Shown here: in pieces, positions 27,031 to 41,100 of the stretch
How the letters are laid out: every line of letters starts with the position of its first letter
Numbering within the stretch: the stretch's first letter is position 1
DNA from: Hydrolagus affinis
Lineage: Eukaryota
Reading direction: 5' to 3'
NCBI GenBank assembly: GCA_012026655.1
Contig: JAAILG010000304.1
Location: 1-64,000, forward strand
Length of the DNA: 64,000 nucleotides
Made by a program: the position numbers and the translations under genes
Notes under the pieces: model-generated
Seen by the model: the letters and a program-made list of their open reading frames with translations, nothing else
What the model was told of the DNA's origin: nothing
Database searches by the model: none

Positions 27031-27825
27031 TGTAACTCCATCACGTCTCCTAGCAATTGGCACTAGGCATTTGACAGTATTTTGATCTAATAACGTTCTT
27101 TGAGATTGTAATATTTTTAGTACCAAAATCTGACTGTGAGTGCAATGATGACAGTTTGGATAGCGCTTTAATGTCCCAAGAGTTCCTTTGTATAGAAATG
27201 CCAATTTTCAATAGGAAGGTAACATTTTGTTGAGATTTCAATATCTAGATTTCAGTTTTGCAGCTTTCAACCACAATATGCATATTTAATTGGCAGTGTA
27301 AGACAGTGTAGAGTGCAGACATCACATAGTCCCGTTTACAGCATTGCAGTATGGAAGCTTATGGTTTTTTTTCACCCTTTATGATTATCACCATGTGGCA
27401 TATTCCAGGTAGGCAAACCACCTGCTCCCAGTCCTTCATGCTGTTACTTTGTAATCAGTTGCTAGGAGACTTGATGGAGTTGTGGTTGAGTTGACCACTG
27501 ACCAACCCTATCGCCTTTTGAGGAAGAGCGTGCAATATATTCAGTACCTCCCCATAGAGGCACAGGTGAGGTCAAGTGTTCTTTGTAGGATAGCAGCAGG
27601 AATCCCAATGTTGTCACAGCAAAGGATTTCCCAATATTACAGTACTGTATTGTTGCTTATCATTACTGGTTATCACAGTACTGTACTGTATCACTATTTG
27701 GAAGAATTGTGACTTGCTGCAGCCAAAGGAAAACAAAGGCAAAAATCTCTTGCATTCTGTGCCAATTGCCAATTTGCAGATTGTGGAGGAGATGAGGGGA
27801 AAATAGAATTGATAATAATCCTTTC

Positions 27826-28090
27826 AATAATAATCCTTGCATTTGATATAGCGCTTTTCACATCTTGTAGATGTCTCAGAGTGCTTCACAGAATATACTG
27901 TAAAGTGAATTGACTGTATATTTGTGCGTGAAACGCGGCAGCCAATCACACACAGCGATGTCCCACAAACGGTCGTGGATTGAAGTAACCAAATTCTTAT
28001 TGTTTTTTTTCTTGAGGGATTATTATTAGGCATATGGAGTAAGGAAACTTGCCCAAGGCGAGTGCTCTAACCACTGAGCTACAGGACTCC
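27826..28090 (-). mobile_element. tRNA-derived SINE (B-box region deleted)
   Basis: Reverse complement ggagtcctgtagctcagtggttagagcactcgccttgggcaag... through to the aatgcaaggattattatt tail. Confidence 0.88.
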
Positions 28091-30783
28091 ATGATTACAT
28101 TAAATTATATATTAACCACATTAGTCCCATAATTTCCAAACAATTTTTTAAAAATTGTGATTCAGGAGCGTAAACGTATTTCCAAAAGATTTTGCAGCGA
28201 GTGTGGGAACAACCTGAAAATGCGGCTCAGTGTGACTCAGCAAATCTACTTCAAATCTGAGTGCATGTGTCTGTTAATAGATCTGCTATCTTGTTTACAG
28301 TACGATCCTCCACTCCAGGGAGCTTTCCTCATGGGTGTCCGTGTAGTGTAAATGTGGCACTGTAGTGAAGCTCGAAGATTGACTTTGATCTTTGGTCTGT
28401 TGTCCCTGGGTGATAAGGAGGTAACAGCATGCTGCCTTGGTGGCATTTGCATTCCTGGTCTTGCTTTGTGTCTGTGTGGCAGAAGATTGGGGTCTGTAGT
28501 GGTGTGAATATAATACTGGAGACTTTCGACCACCACCTACAGCGAGTTGTGCCAGAGTCACTTGAATTGTGTGGAGTAATTCTTGAGAGAAATTACCCAA
28601 GAATGCTCGCGACATGATTTTGTATTTATACTAATATTTTTTGTCCCAAGTGCCATTTCTACTTTTTTGCATTAGTGGAAACTGCTCAACAGCGAAGGAA
28701 TAATTTCAATGCAGTGGCCTTTTAGCTAAACAGCACAGATGATCTGAAATGAAGAATAAGAAGTGAAACAGCTTTTGTTTGCTGCTTTCTTTGAGCTTTT
28801 TTCTTAATGAGGCACTTTTCCTTCTGGTTTACTTTGAATTCAGGTGCTCAGGTTAACGTTGGACTGGACTGGAAAGGTCATTTTTTGAGAAAAAGTTACC
28901 TGTTTAAGGAAACAATTCATTACAACTTGTGGATCTGACCGGTTCAACTGAGTCCTCTTTTAATCTCTGAATCCCTGTGGATTTTCTTTTAAGAATACCT
29001 TTCTCTTTCCAGTCTCTAAGGCTGAAGTCCTATTGACTGAATAGTCCATTTTATACCCTACCCCGGCTCCAATCCAATTAAAGCCTCAATAATACGAGGA
29101 TTAGAACAAGTTTACTTATTAGCAGTTGTGGACCAGAGGGAAAAAAAGTATGTTGACAGCACGGGTGAATGTGAGAGAAAGCGGAGAAAATCAAGAAGAT
29201 AACAATTGATAATGTTGACTCCTCTGATGTTTGTGGCTTTCAAAAAAAAGAAGACTTTTTAAACTCACAGCAATGATCCAGTGCTGCCACAGTAAGGACA
29301 ATTTATAAATCCATGTTTTGCACTGCATATTGGAACGGTAGTGATTCTGTAATATTAGTGAATTTCCTGGTGTTATGAAGTGGTGATTATAGCATAGATC
29401 ACAAGGTTAAGGCCAGCATAAGATAACCCAATTTGCGTATGTCTTACAAATTTCACGGTTGTCATCTCCTCACGTATGGTACCTTTATCCCTCTTTTATT
29501 CCAATTTATCCATAATTGACCAGTGTTGCCCCACAACCCAAAAGGTTAAAACTGCTTAAATCTGAAAGTTCAAAATGAGCTCAGGAAAATCCTCTAATAA
29601 TCGTTATGGTATCCGTGGGAACTTATGATTTTTCAAAAAAAATGTGCATTGCACAATTAAAACGACTTACTTAGGTAAAGTAATCAAACAGGTTTGACTG
29701 TTTTGCCACTCAGCTAACATTTTAACAGAATAAACGAAGCCCCATCCAGTTTATAAAACAATTTGTAGCCATTATTTTCAGCTATTTGCAACCTTATTAT
29801 TGCTTGGGTGTCTCTCTAGAGCCCCTTTGTCTTTTCACTATACAATAGAGTGTACCGGGCTTAATGTTTAATGAGTTGATGCATTAAAGGCTTCACTTCT
29901 CTTCCAATTAACCCCAAGCTCACTCAGGCATTTTTTAAAAAAGGCCACAGAAGTATTTTGCAAGGCCTAGGGGCCAAACTACAAGCATACAGCGTAGAAT
30001 GTGTAATCTGCTTTTAAAAAAAATAGGCCCATAGGAGACTGGGAGGTTTTATTTCAGACATACAGAACATGAAAGTGTGCAATTACACAATACTCTATTA
30101 ATCCTACAGTTGTAATGAAAAATAACAGGTCCATGCTCTGCTGCCCACCTCTTCCGGTCTGTATGATCAGGTGTAAACTGTAAACAAATGCACACCAGTG
30201 TTACTTTGAATATGACCTGCTCTTACCAATGTGTTAATCCTATTGTATTTTGGAAACAAGAATTCCAACAAATGTTAGGTTGGGCATAGAAAATCGTGAG
30301 TGAAATATTAAATTGTTATTTAGCATCTGCACTTTACCAAAAACATAATTGACATTAGAATGGAAAGAATAAAGGGAAGAAAGCTATCTCATCGTGTTTT
30401 CAAAAATGTAGGATAACAAATCCTTCGAAATAATGTGGGTTGAATTTTAAGAATCTATCAATTGAGTCAATTTTCTGGGGTGGTAGGCTGGTAAGTGCTG
30501 CACGGTGGCAGTATGTGTGCATAGACAGGCTCTGCCAGCCTTCATTCGTAGAGATGCAGGCAGGCAATGCGATTGAGAGTCTCTGCTCTCATTGTTTCGC
30601 AGATGCTGTCAGTACTGTTTCAGCTTGTGTAGTGTAACGGCTGAAATCTTCCGCACAATGCAAAAATATCCTCTTATTTGACTGAATTTCATTTATACAG
30701 CTTGATTTTGGTCATCGGAGATACAACTGGGTAAAACTCGTGTGTTAAGATACATTGAGAAATAGAATCTGTATAAAGTAGTA

Positions 30784-30985
30784 CAGTAAAAGTCTGTTTA
30801 TCCCGTGACCAGATCAACCGTAACTTCCGTATTACCGGCATCTCAAAAAAAGGTCCGCATTCCATTAATCGGAATTTATCCAGCACAATGCATTTTTTTG
30901 TGTGTGTTCTCGGCCGAATATCCGGCACGCGCTTTAACCGGCATTGGCCAGGTCCTGAGAGTGCCGGATAAATGGACTTTTACTG
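30784..30985. mobile_element. pogo/Tigger-like MITE
   Basis: TA|CAGTAAAAGTCTGTTTATCC ... GGATAAATGGACTTTTACTG|TA. Confidence 0.85.
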
Positions 30986-33900
30986 TATTACCAAAAGATG
31001 ATATTTACCTGTCTGTTCAAACTGCTCAAGCTTTGCTCTTGTGATTTACATCATCCAAACTGCCTGAAAATGTTAGTCTTGTATCCAGTTTCCACCCATC
31101 GCTTCTTCTCTGTGTAATACACAAAGCCATTCAGATCTTATCAGTCTCCTCAAGCAGGTTATGAATGTGCTGAACTCTAGAACGCATTGCAGTAATCTTA
31201 TAGGGGAATAGAGTACTGTGGGTGCGTGTGTATGTGTGAGAACATTTAGCGAAATAAAAAATTCAATATTAAGGCAGTTCACCTTGTGGTAGGATTAAAT
31301 TACAGAATTCACTTATGGGAGTCCGATGGCAAACACTGTTCACACCTGCCACCAAGTAAAAACAACCCTAAAGCTGAATAAACTACTGCATTGTTTCTGT
31401 CTATATATGGAGAATAATACAGGTTAAACTGTGTTTCAAAAATGTAATGCGTTTGTGTTTCAGACTACATTGCTAAACTATTCATGTTTCACTATCGTGT
31501 TTAATAATGTCAATCCTCTTGCCATCAACATACGCCAGCTTCTGTGCTGTCTTGCATATATGAAGCTCCTAGTTTTTTGTGTGCATCGAGTAGACACAAG
31601 ATTTAGAAGATTTATCAAGGGCTAATTGGTTGGCAGATGTAGGGGAATTTTATTGAGAGGGAGTTGAATGTTCAGCAGAATCTATAGTTAGTTTTTTTTT
31701 AAGCGTCTCTCTTTAGTCATTGTACAGTATTCGGAGTTTCAAGCTGAAACTACCTTCTAGTTTTCCATTACCTTCAAATATAGATGATTTTAACCTGGTT
31801 TTGATTCCCTGATAAATCCTCACAACTATTCCCGATATGCAGTACACTGTCTTTATTGGCTCTGCAATTTACATTTTTTCCCCAAAAAATCCTGTTTGTT
31901 TCTAACTGGATTTTGTTGATACTGCAGAAAGATTTGCAAAATGCTTGATTTGAAAAAACACCACAGTAATGAAGCTGTGGAAAAGAAACCACCCCACAGC
32001 CTCTTTTAGCCACATTAGTTTTAACCGCTGTAAAGATTTGATGGAGAGGCAGCAGCTTAAAGTAATGGCCAACATGTACTTTTCCTGGACTTTACAGAAT
32101 AGTTCAGATATAAATATATAATTTACAGAATATAATTTAATACTACATTTTGAATCATGTCAGTTTCTATGTGTAAGGTTTATAAACAGAATTTGTTATT
32201 GTGCTCATTGTTATCTTCCTGTGAGTTGATTACCAATTGTTCTTTGAACTTGTCAGAATTTTAAGTTTTAAACACCATACCTTCATGGGATCTGATTTAG
32301 AAATTTAAAACATTTGATGTGAGACATGGTATTTTGAAACCATACTTTTTTTTAACAAAAATGATTATGTTTTATTTTTTGTTGAGGTTTCCATTGTTTG
32401 TTTAGCACTGCAGCTCTGCTGATATTGTATATCCCTTAACCTGGAGAGCATTGGTGCATTCCTGTTATTAAACCACTCCTTGTGCAAAAACAACCTGATT
32501 GTAAGAACAATTTATGGTGAATTAATTGGATGGAGGAAATGTACAAAGAAATGTATTGCGGAATGTGTGTCACAGTTTCATCAACTGCGTTTTGGCAGCA
32601 CTGGGGCAGAGCCCATGTCACAACGGTACGTGCTCTCATTAAAAGCCAGATTTGTGTGAACGCTCATTAAATTGATGAACTCATTTGCTGATGGGAAATG
32701 ACATCCCTGATTGTAAAGAAATGCATATGGAGTACAGAGGGGCTAGGCTCCCGTAGCAGATAAAGATGCAGCTACTTCAGGACCAAGCTACTGATCTGTA
32801 ACACTGGAGTTCTTTGCTTTATAAAAATGTGGCATAATGAATGAAAGACTGTTGTATGTAATGAAGCAGCGTGTACCAATATTGTTTAACCTTCTGACCA
32901 ATTATCTGATCAGAGCTCTGAATATGGCAAGTTGTGAAAACGTCTTGACTCATGTATTTTGTTATTTCTACAACTGTCAAGAGTCTCTTGAGCCTTCACT
33001 GTATGTATTGATGTTTTGTACAGAGCAGCTTAAAAGGGCACAGAACGTTTGTGTTTCAAAATGCAAGTGTTCAGCAGTCAAAAGCTTCTCTAAATCCCAA
33101 GCAATCTTCTCATTATACGTGCATATTCTTGCCATTCTCCACCAGTTCTTATAACTTGCATTCATACCTACTTTTGTAATTTTACAAAATAAGATAGAAT
33201 ACTGTACTTTTTTATTTGCTTGGAGGTGCATTGAAAGAAATCTTCTTTTCATATTAAAATTATTCTACTGGATGATGCTTTTTTTAAAAACAAAATATGA
33301 ACTCCACCTATCCTTACAATCTTTTGCTGGATTAATAATAGAAGTAGTTTTGATTTATCCGACACTGTTAAACATCGGTGTGATACTATTATCGTTTGTT
33401 AATTATTTAACAAGAGTGCTAAATTCACAAAAACTGCCAGATAGATTCCACAGCACTGTTTATTTAGTAGTACTGAAGATTTGGGGAGATGACAAGATTA
33501 CCGTCTTGCAATAAACTGCCCTAAGCTTGTGTTTTGATATCAACAGATACAATAGCACTTGGATGATTTTAATAAGCAGCTATGGAAATGCTCACTTCAA
33601 ATGTCACCATCGATAATCTTCACCCTCATGAAACAAATTGGTTTTTTGGTTTTGGGCTAATGTGTCTTTGACAAAAGAGAAAATTAGGTGATTGAAGCTC
33701 AATTTGTAACATGTTATTAACCATTTCCGCATGAATAGATCAGTAAAAGGATAATGGATGAGGGTTTTATTATTACCTTTCTAGTAAAATGAAGTGGTAT
33801 AAAAGATAAGGTGATGAGATTAATGAACATAAGGAAGAGGTGCAATCAATCAAAATCCAACAGGGAGATGAGATGACAGTATTTTGGATTTAAAAGATCC

Positions 33901-36900
33901 TTGGAAGGTAACTCTGGAGGGACTTGCGTACTTATCTAAACTTCATTTGTATAGGCTCTGGTACCTTGTCTGACAAACCTTATCAGCTTCCTTTCCTCAT
34001 AGAAATGCAAATAAAGCGCCGCTCTTGTGGCAGTCACTTCTTGAGGCTATTTTCCTCTAAACAGGGTTTCAAATGGAAGTGCTAAGCAAAGAGGGAAGTC
34101 CCAACTAGCGGCGTCTTAAATTATTTACAGGCCTGGGGCTCTGAGGTGCATCCGTCCAGTACAAATATTATATTACAAAATAAGAATTTCAGACTGTCAT
34201 AAATCTGTTTGCTGTAGCAGCACTGAATAAAATAGTTTTGGTCGTTCTAGAGACATCAATTTGCCAGTCAGTGCTTCATGTATCAAAGGGTGTTCTTAAG
34301 GGAGCCCGTGAAAATATCAATATCGTGGTTAATATAAATGAAATTAATTTTTAAAGCTGGGCTAAAGGTTGACACCTGAAAAATTGCATTACTTTACAGA
34401 AGAGAAATTTCTGTCTTAGAGTGAAATTTAAGGTCAAAGGGGCAAGTAATTTTCACAATCTTCAATGAAACCAGTGAAATATGAACTTCATTGTCACTGG
34501 GCCTCTAAGCGATAAGATAAAATGACTTGATATATCATTTTTTGCTGGTTTATCATCTCTAGCAGTAATTGAAAGAGAAAACATACGATTTTTGTTTTGT
34601 TTAAAAAAAAGTGGTTGAGTAATGAGAAAATAGGTCATTGTGCTTTTTAATTTTTTTAAAAAAAATTCTGTCATTGAACTGTCTGGAACAATGGAAGTAA
34701 ATTAAAATAATTACTCTGATAAATTGAGTTTGTAGCCTAATTATAAATTTGCTGTGAATATTTAGCCCTTAAGCTGTGCCCAGGGAGGTATTAACTCATT
34801 TTCCACAGACCCACTTTATAACTCAAAATGCCAAAGAGATTTTACTACAGTACCTTAAATGGAAGCTGAAACCCAAGATATCTTTCCATATGCCAGAAGT
34901 ATTGGCAATATAGATTTTCTTTATATTATTCTACTTTAATTGCTATTTTTATTGTGCAACATATTTCACTAATTGATAATTTGTATCATACCATCTGTAA
35001 AACTCATGCTATTTAATTGGTTTGACACAGCATGCCAATTCTACCACAGGAGTATATAGCTCACGAATGCTTCTGGAGTCTTTTTTTTCAGGATGGGAAG
35101 AGGAGGGGAAAAGACTGAATAAACTACTTAGTGGATGATTATCCTCAGAGGATACATATCTGCCTGTTTATTGGCACGTCCCTAAGTAGTAGATTGTTAG
35201 AGCATGGATGTAAAGGGGAGTCTAGAAATGCATATCTATAACTAAAATAATTTATAAATTGCTTAATACATTATTGACCAACATGGTTTTTTTTTGCATT
35301 GACCTAACTTTAAACTAAGAAAATGTTTCAAACAAGGTGTTTTTCTTCTTCATACTTAACCCTTCCTTTGATTAACTTTTGAACGTTGGAATGTGTTTTG
35401 CAATGTGGGATTCAATGGGGAAACATTTTCTTTCGTTGGCCCCACTTTGTAAAAGGTAGTTAATATTCCTTAAAAAAAATTCTCCAAATTCCTCAACATT
35501 TTGAAAAGCTTCAACTTCCTACTTAATCCTGTTCGAGGTGCTTTGAGACGTCTTGAAGACATGATAAGGCGCTATATCAAATGGAAAGATTATGACTAAT
35601 AATAAAAGTTGGTAGATTGTGGCTCTAAATTCTAAACTGCTCATTTGAGTATGTGTCTGGGGGAGTGGAAGTGGGGGGGAGATTAGATTGAATTTTAAAA
35701 TCCATAAACTATGAGAAGCTTTGGCCAGTTGAGGAATGTCTTGTAAAGGAATTGTATTTGAGGAAAATTGGCAACTTTTATTTATTACTTTTATTGGTTT
35801 GCACGATGTGCATTTTATTGTTCAGCTTCAATCGAGTAAAACCATGCAAGCAGTCTGTCATCTCACCGAGCTAACGCTGATAGATAAAAGCATGCATACG
35901 CTCATTTGAAAGCTTGAAAAAAGTTGCAGGAAAAATGTTTCCCTTTCAAACTGTTATCTTACACATGCCAATGCAGAGCTACAGCAGTGATGCAGTTTCT
36001 ATGGCAACTGGTTCAGTGGCGGCAGAGGCCGTCATCTGGGGTACTGTCAGTGAGAGAGTGCCAGAGACCAGAAAGTCCCAACGATGGGCTGCTTCCACCT
36101 AATCCAGTTTTAATTGAACTCCAGAGACTTTGATCTGAAGCTGCAGATCAGGCAGATACTATTCCAGAGAGGAATCAGACTTGCTTAGCCAGGCCTCAGC
36201 TGCTCCTCTCTACTGTCACCTTGTTTTAATGAGTACTTTAAGAAACTCTTATCATGAGCCTTCTTCTCCTGTTAGTCCGATTTGAATATTTTTGATTAAT
36301 GCTCCCTTCTCCACAGTGGCAGAAAAGTGGCCCAATCCGGTTGTCCCTTAACACCTTCATAATTAGGCTTTAAAATAAAAGGCAAAACTGGTGCAACAAA
36401 GACACAAAGTGGTTTCAGGCTAAGGATAGGATTAGTTTGAATTGTGAAGGCAGACTAAGCATCTGTGTCTGTCAGATGAGATGACAGGCATTGTAACAAG
36501 TTACTCTGACAACCACTAATTCCATGGAGAGATTATACTGAGTTCATTTGCAGTTTTTTGTTTAGGTTTAGCTGACAAAATGATACTTAACCTTTTACAT
36601 AGGCAATGTATTGCTTTGAACGTTTCTGTATATGGGATTAAAAGGTTTTGATCGGTTTAAGAATTTATTCTCTTTCATTCCTCCAAGAGTTTTTTTTATA
36701 AAGAAAAAAGCATTTTAGGAGCTTTTACTTGAAAGAGAAGGAGCCATTTTGAAAGACTAAACGTTAAAAGTGAAGCTGGTTAAAGGTTTAAAACTATTTA
36801 CTGCAATTCTTTACAATGAGAATTTAAGCATTGCATTGAATTCAAATCTTGGTGGTAATCCAAGTACATTATAGTGAGCCAATCTGGTACTAGTGTTGCA

Positions 36901-37513
36901 GGAAACATTGGATGTTTTAATATATATTCAGCTGTTGTTCATTTTGTTTCTGGGTTGGAATCTTGTATTCTACTGAAAGCAATATAACTGCCCCTGAGCT
37001 GTTTTTAGTTTGCATTAGTTGACCCATAAAGTATAGATATTAGCTTTGAAACATTGCATGTGCGAGCAGCCTCAATGGTATAGATGAATCTGAGTATCCC
37101 TCTGGGTACCGAGAAAGTATTTCTACTTTTAACCAGTAATTGTAATGTTAGTTTTCTACCATATATACAGGACGAGGGCATTGATTTATAATGCATTTAA
37201 TGACTTCATCACCCTGTAATTTTAAACTCAATGTAGAATCAGCCCAGTAAAATATTTAATACAAATGTTAAATCCTGTACAACATGTGTATACTATATTG
37301 GTCAAAGTAACTTAGTATGTGGGGGGTTTTTTGAGCTTGTGGTATGCACCTCAACCTGCCAGTTTGACAGTGATTGGTACATTTCATATGTGTTTCCAAG
37401 TAAGGCCTATCAGTCAATTTATTTTTTTGAAGAAATTATTTCCTTCTGTAGATTCATAAATCTATTAGACTGGTGCAAATTTGATTTTTTTTTAGTGCTT
37501 TTATAATTTTCTT

Positions 37514-37678
37514 TGAAGGGCTTTGAGATGTCTAGATGATGTAAAATGCACTATATCAAATGCAAGGATTATTATCATATATAATATAATAATCCTTGCA
37601 TTGGATATAGTGTCTTATCACATCGTTGAGACGTCTCAAAGCACTTCATGGAATATACATAAGCGAATTAACTGTATT
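37514..37678. repeat. Tail-to-tail inverted pair of SINE 3' ends
   Basis: + tail at 37514-37575 and - tail at 37586-37678, separated by about 10 nt. Confidence 0.85.
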
Positions 37679-37804
37679 TTGAAAAATTAAACTATCAATT
37701 ACTTTTAAATAGTACTGTAATAAGAAAATAGTTAAAACCAGAATAACTTTGATCGTCTTTTTTCCCTTACCGGAGTAACAATTTGTTTTACTTTTTGTTG
37801 CTAG

Positions 37805-37922
37805 ATTTTGGCATATACAGAAGGACTTCATGGGAAATGGCTATTCAGCGAAATCCGTGCTGTCTTCTCCAGACGCTATCTGCTGCAGAACACTGCACTG
37901 GAAATTTTTATTGCCAATCGAA
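37805..37922 (+). CDS. LRBA: LRBA (neurobeachin-family) internal coding exon, PH domain: [39 protein letters not shown]
   Basis: Acceptor ctttttgttgctag|ATT and donor CGAA|gtaagt. 118 nt, phase 0 to phase 1. Manual translation matches the remembered LRBA/NBEA PH segment ([11 protein letters not shown] motif). Confidence 0.93.
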
Positions 37923-39438
37923 GTAAGTCCAGCGCAAAAAGATCTTGATAGATTGTGTGCATTGATACTTTTTTGGTTGGTGCACTTCAGCTGAAGTGTT
38001 CATAATATAAGGAGGAATTATGACATTTATATAATATAAACTAGGTTTACAGAACTCTTAGAGAAATTTAAAGTGTGAAATAGATAATATGTTTGAGTAA
38101 AGCAAATTGTAACTGTACAGCAAATCATTCTTTCCATGGAAGAAGCAACTTAATATGTTTAGCCAAGCTACAATATGTAGATTCTGTGTCTGTTTCCAGA
38201 TCATTTCATTTATTGATTGATATTAATTTAGGTTCCATCTGCCTTGTGGTTCAGGTGTTTTTTTTTAAAAAAGCGACTGCTCACCCATTGCTATTTCAAA
38301 GAAATAAGTATTTCCTCCGCTTAGCCTGCCTAATATACCACCTTATTCAAATTCACTCCCAGATGCAAATAAATTGAATACTATTCTAAATTTTTTATGG
38401 GAAATTGCTCTTTCAGGATAGCCACCTTCTCTGCTGTAAATTTCTACGGTTTCTGTGCTGTTGCAGATTAGCTGTCATGTTTGACCATATAATATTCATT
38501 TTAATTTCCTATCAATTTTATTTTAGAACACTTTGAACAATTTATTTTATATGAAAAGTAGTATAAGTTATTGTTAATTATTATACATTGTTATACTTTA
38601 TTATTACATTATTATACATATATTAACATTTCTCAGTAGTTTTTGCTATGGATTTAATGCTTCAATTTGTTTGTCCCGTATCTCATAATAATTGTAACCA
38701 ATGTATTGTCTTTTTGTAATATAGTTATTCATAAGGAAAATGGAGAATGTGATATTGTACAAAATGCATTATCAAGATTAGATTCTTTTAACAAGGATTT
38801 GGGCTTCTGTTTATGAACTTCCAAGATAGCAAAGTGAATCATTGGAATATATATGCTTCTAATCACTTCCTATTGTCAATTTAATATTGGTTATTTTGAA
38901 TCATACTGTTCATGCAGTTTCACAGACTTTTTTTGTCCTTTAGCTGCTCAGATTTGCGTTTTTAAGCTAAATGCAAGTAACAATTGGAATATTCTTGTAT
39001 TGCACTGATGTCACACCAAACGTGATAGGCTGGAAGACATCCAAAATGAAACATTTGTAACCAAACTCTCCATTTGTGAAATGAAGATAAATCTGTTGAT
39101 CTAGCAAGAGTTAAAACTGTGACACATAATTCCACAAAATCATCAAACTATAGACAATTCCAGTTTTGTGATGATATCCATGCAGCAAAGTTTGTTTAAT
39201 TCCATGGATGTGTTTGCAGCAGGAAATCTTTTTTGGGAATGGATTTCAGCAGAGAAACGGAAATAACCCGTTGCCCATTGAAAACTGTGATTTATGTGTA
39301 GACAAACGGGCTCGCAGTTGTGCATCTGTTATATATCTAATTGCAAAGAGATGTTCTATTAAACAAAAAATACAATATAAATCACAGGAGGTGATGTCAT
39401 GTTAAAAAATGTTCTTTTATTGTTTGTTTCTTTGGCAG

Positions 39439-39541
39439 CTGCTGTCATGTTCAACTTCCCAGACACAGCGACAGTGAAGAAAGTTGTTCACTGTTTACCC
39501 CGGGTTGGAGTCGGCACAGGTTTTGGGCTACCCCAAACCAG
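39439..39541 (+). CDS. LRBA: LRBA coding exon: (T)AVMFNFPDTATVKKVVHCLPRVGVGTGFGLPQT(R)
   Basis: Acceptor tttctttggcag|CT and donor ACCAG|gtaagg. 103 nt, keeps frame with the previous exon. AVMF and FGLPQT are LRBA-type (NBEA has SVMF and YGLPQA). Confidence 0.93.
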
Positions 39542-40984
39542 GTAAGGAGCTGTTTTGTTCTGAATGCTTATTTACTCTGTGTTCCAGTTGTCTCCAACTG
39601 CAATTTACGTTTAAATTTTTGTTCTTACACCATTTTCAGATTTTTGTGGCAAATGTGGAGCAATGAATTGGATCATTGCTTTCTTTTAGCCGCAGAATGA
39701 AATTTGAGTTCATTCTTCAGGCCTCTAAAAGTACATACCCCCAGGATATTCTGTGTGTTCCTACTTTGCTACTTCCAAAAAGCAACTGAGAACACGAAAC
39801 CCCAAACTGGCATTGTTTTTGTTGCTTTTTTTTGTAAAGAAAAACATGTTTCATTCATTAAAATGCACCACGCATTTATTTTCTCATACAATGTATTAAT
39901 GCCAAATCCATAAATCAATGCTAAAATAGCACTGCAATGTGTCAGCTTGGCCTTGTTGAACTAATTGAACTAGTGCAGCTGTGAAACTGAGTAAACTGCC
40001 TTTCTAAAGTTAAGAAGAATGCGAATCATGCCATATGACAATATCCAGTTGCTGTCAACTATAATTTTTCTCAGGCCCCATTCTGTTTGTGTTGAATATT
40101 TTCAGATGCCATGGGAGAGACTATTTAAAATTGTGTTAGAGAAAGTTAACCAGAATGATTAAAACCATGGAAAGGTTCAGTGATTTTCTAGTTATATTTT
40201 TTCATATGGTTCATTTACACTATAGTTTCACATTTGTTGTGAATTTGCAGCTGATTCTCGATGAAATTTTCAGAGCAAATTAGGCTCGGGCCTTGGCTGC
40301 AAAGTAAAACCTTTGACCTCTTACTGGTGGATTTAAAAGTAACTGAATTTGGCGATTTTGTACCAGCTTGATCGAAAAAGTCCAATACCATTTTCATTTG
40401 ACAGAAAAACAGGAAACGCACAATGTTGAATCAGTATTTGATCGGTAAATAGTTGCCAATATTTTGAGTGTGATCTTTCATCAGACAGAACAGTTTTAAA
40501 TTCATTTCTGTAGCAGTGGGGGGGTGGGGGGGGGAAGTAGTACATACGTTGCGTTAGTGTTTTAATGATTCATGAAGTGGACATGGATAGAGAGGTGAGG
40601 GTGAATGCTTCTCAATCATGTTCAATTTGGATCATCCTGATCCAAGCTGTTGATGATGATGTAAATGTAACTATAAGGTAAGTCTAGTGAATGTTTGTTG
40701 TCTTTAATTGCTTTGAAGTGTAATTTTGTGTACAATTTGCTGATGGTGATTCATTTTCCATGTTTAAAAGATACAGACAAAATTATAATTTATCTCTTAA
40801 TATTAGCTCACTGGAAAATTGAATTGCAATTGGCTATTTAATTCTTTGAAACTATAAAATGACTATTAAAAGAATAGACACAAATTTTAATCTTCCTTAT
40901 GTTTCTTAATCTTCCAATATGCTCATGGTTCAAGAAATAAGAAAAACTAAATGTTTGGATTATTTATGATTCTCTGATCTGCAG

Positions 40985-41100
40985 ACGAATTTCCCTGGCC
41001 AGTTCTCGGCAGCTTTTTAAGGCGTCCAATATGATGCAACGTTGGCAGCGCAGAGAGATATCTAACTTCGAGTACCTCATGTTCCTCAACACAGTAGCTG
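40985..41100 (+). CDS. LRBA: LRBA coding exon, start of BEACH domain: (R)[38 protein letters not shown](G)
   Basis: Acceptor ctgatctgcag|ACG and donor GCTG|gtaaag. 116 nt. The hallmark [20 protein letters not shown] motif is also visible in ORF 41031..41252. Confidence 0.95.

Larger units (their letters stand above)
1..37804 (+). other. 3' part of the giant LRBA intron (orthologous intron hosts antisense MAB21L2)
   Basis: No upstream LRBA exon found in 37.8 kb. In vertebrate LRBA/NBEA the intron before the (I/V)[11 protein letters not shown] exon is the large Mab21-containing one (recalled knowledge). Confidence 0.7.

Noticed and set aside
1-37804. MAB21L1/2 coding sequence
   Set aside because: No ~360-aa ORF or MIAAQAKL-type start on either strand; the gene must lie outside the window if present.
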